From Marsupella aquatica (Eukaryota > Plantae > Marchantiophyta): a stretch of 64,000 nucleotides of DNA. Under the pieces are notes generated by a model. It saw only the letters and a program-made list of their open reading frames with translations, did not search any database and had not been told where the DNA came from. The stretch spans positions 10,444,286-10,508,285 of the forward strand of contig OZ316898.1 of assembly GCA_973895155.1 (NCBI GenBank), in the 5' to 3' direction. The translations under genes were made by a program, and so were the position numbers. Shown in pieces: positions 61,701-64,000 of the stretch (positions are counted from its first letter, which is position 1; each line of letters begins with the position of its first letter).

Positions 61701-63280
61701 GTGTATGACATTCCAGAGGTATACTTGGCGGAATTGCAAGAGTACCGTGATGCTATTAACGAGGGCTGGCAATTGTGCAAAGCCATGAAGTGGGCTCTGA
61801 GTAGGGCCAATGCTAAGGTGGCCACCTTGCAAGTTGGGCACAAGGCGCTGAAGGAGGTCATACTGTCCAAGGAAGAGACTATTCAAGAGAGGAGTAGGTT
61901 GTTGAAGCAAGCCTATGACCAAGTTGGCCACTTGCAAGGAGCCCTGTCCACCAAGGCCAAGGAGGCCGAGGAAGTAGTTGCTTTGAGGAACGAGCTGGTA
62001 ACGATGAAGCAAGCCGAAAAGGGTGTGGATACCCTCAAAAAGCAGATTTCAGAGTTGCGTGGCCAGGTGAGTGCTTACGAGACAAGGGCCAAGAGAGCCG
62101 ACGCCCTGAGTCTAGGGAAGAAGAAGAAGCCCTGTCCACCCGGTGTTACTCCTGTTGCTTCGCCAGAGATGTTGGCCAAGGCCATTGATGCAGTGGTCAT
62201 CGAAGTAACCAAGACTTACGGGCCAATGTTGGAAGCGGCCAAGAAGGACAAGGAGAAGTGCAAGAGCCTGGAGAATAAGTTGAAGTCAACCCGCAAAACA
62301 CTAAGGAACGCAACATCTGGCCAGGGAACCACTGGTATGCCACCTAGGTCGGTGACCCCGGGAACTCCCATGGCCATGGGCCAGGTCTTGCCACTGGAAT
62401 TGCGGGGTGATGAGGAGACAACATTGTGGAAGGACATCATCGGTCACGGGTACATCAGGGCTTGGCAGGATTTGGCGGCATTATGGAAGCAAGGAACCTC
62501 GGGCCAAACGTCGGGAAGGGCCACCCCGGGGAAGAGTAGGGGAGGAGGTGTTGCATCTACCCAGGGGGGTAGTGAGGCCAGTGATGACTCTCGGGGATGG
62601 AGCCCTGGCACCGTAAGTGAGTCCGAGGAGGATTAGTAGTGGTATGGATGTTGACCATACGGAGGTTGGTTTTGGGCACATGTCCAACTGGCCAAATCTT
62701 GGGCTTATTGGAAGGAGCTCGTCGAGCTGAATCTAACGATGTAAGACACGCCTCAATCGGAGTTAAAATGAGAGAGATACGGACCGGAGTGTTTTGGTGA
62801 AGAATTGGGGTCCGACGCCATACGGACGTCCGTACGGCCTTCAGGAGAGTGACCCGGTCAAGTCAGGGCATGTGGCCATGGCCAGGGTACCTCAATTTGA
62901 GGTCGTGATGGGGGGCCGGGACCGTACGGACTATTTGGACGCGACGGTGGCCAGGGTAGAGTTTGGGACTCGGTAGGCCATATCTCGGGCGTCTGATGTC
63001 CGTTTTGGGAGCCGTTTTCAGGGTTACGATCAGGATGGCCGTGGCTACTCATGAAATTTCTCAGGACCAGAATTCGATCAATTTCTACTTTCGGCTATTT
63101 CCATGGCCAGGGTAGTGGGAGGCGTTGGCCACCACGTAGCAGGGAGGTAGGCCATGGCCTACTCATATAGGACTTAGTCTAGTTTTTGATAAACATACCT
63201 ATTTTGCTTTCAAAATTTTGTTTCTTAACCAACGCATCTACCGCACAAGACATTGATCGTCCAATGTTAGACACTTACAA
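58787..63280. mobile_element. LTR-retrotransposon-derived segment (boundaries uncertain) with GGCC-rich arrays and an accessory ORF
   Basis: GC-rich, YGGCCA-rich, internal duplication 59800-59833/59925-59958, shares the CGGA-N13-AGWTAYG motif with 46812-55425; no TSD confirmed. Confidence 0.45.
60723..62636 (+). pseudogene. Accessory coiled-coil protein of about 637 aa with one in-frame TGA (61278-61280)
   Basis: ORFs 60723-61280 and 61293-62636 are in the same frame; coiled coil about 61730-62310; no gag/pol motifs. Confidence 0.6.
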
Positions 63281-64000
63281 ATGTATCAATGGTACATGTA
63301 AAATGCAACTAAGGTTTGACTCAATAGATTGTGACTTTGCAACATAGGATACTGATGTAGACACCCTTTAGACAACCCTTTAGACAACCTGTAGGTGACC
63401 TATCTCTTATTCATGAGCGCAAGATGTTGGGCATTACTTCCAACAATCTCCAAAGGGGCATATATAATTTCCCTTTGGGCTCTAAATTGGGCTACATAGA
63501 TTTTGGTACCCTCCATGCTCACACATACATACTTGCAAAATGAACATAATTTAAGGTAGGAGAATTTATTATTTCTAAGACTTTACAATCATGCAAAATG
63601 TGTTTGGAGAAAGCTTTCCATGATTAAGGTTAAATGTACTTTTTCATCATGCAACACATGATGGTCGACATAAATCTTCAAAATATACAATAGCAATTGA
63701 AAGAAATATATATGGGAAAGATCAGAGCTAAGTACCATAAGTACAGCAGATATGAACATAAATTGTCTCCAATAATTATCATGAGAGTACCCTGTCACAA
63801 GACAACCATGATATAAAGTTAGTCTCCAAACACGCAAGATTAGTTTTTGTAATGCAAAGGTGAAACTGCAAAAACCTTTTTAAAAATTGGAATTGAGTGA
63901 AAATAAAAAGTTACCTGTTCATGTGTCCATGCACTACACATGTGAATAACCTTACTATGCATTTTGTAAGGTTACATATTCCACCAAATTCTGGTGTTCT

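Noticed and set aside
58787-63799. TGTGACA...TGTCACA as exact termini of the last LTR-like element
   Set aside because: Flanks GCCCT and AGACA do not form a TSD; an alternative TGTAAG...CTTACA pairing also lacks one

Overview
Repeat-dense land-plant heterochromatin (probably a non-seed plant such as a bryophyte; this is inference) with no intact host gene. Positions 1-44563 are a nested stack. The outer layer is a large CACTA/EnSpm element (CACTA-1): right TIR ends at 44563, left end lies outside the window. Into it inserted two Bianca-type Ty1/copia elements (234-5599, TSD CAACA; 10284-16069, TSD TAATT) and a full-length L1-type LINE (19404-43187, minus strand, 17-bp TSD). A second, complete CACTA element (CACTA-2, 24570-40925, TSD AGG) then inserted into the LINE ORF1 zinc knuckle. 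The main candidate for a new system is that both CACTA elements carry chromatin or protein-interaction cargo wired into their splicing. CACTA-1 has a SET-domain exon that can be spliced in frame to the same first coding exon as the transposase. CACTA-2 carries a co-oriented cassette of a Cys-rich ORF, an EDM2-type composite PHD finger, a tandem-BRCT protein and an F-box protein ahead of TnpD/TnpA, each ORF with a splice acceptor just before its ATG. This suggests a transposon-encoded anti-silencing or chromatin toolkit. Positions 44564-64000 hold host pseudogene scraps (LRR), an 8.6-kb TG...CA solo-LTR-like insertion carrying a decayed coiled-coil ORF, a foldback element, and a second LTR-like segment with an accessory ORF. 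The two LTR-like segments share a fixed-spacing CGGA-N13-AGWTAYG motif. Family assignments are from motif recognition by eye, not database searches.
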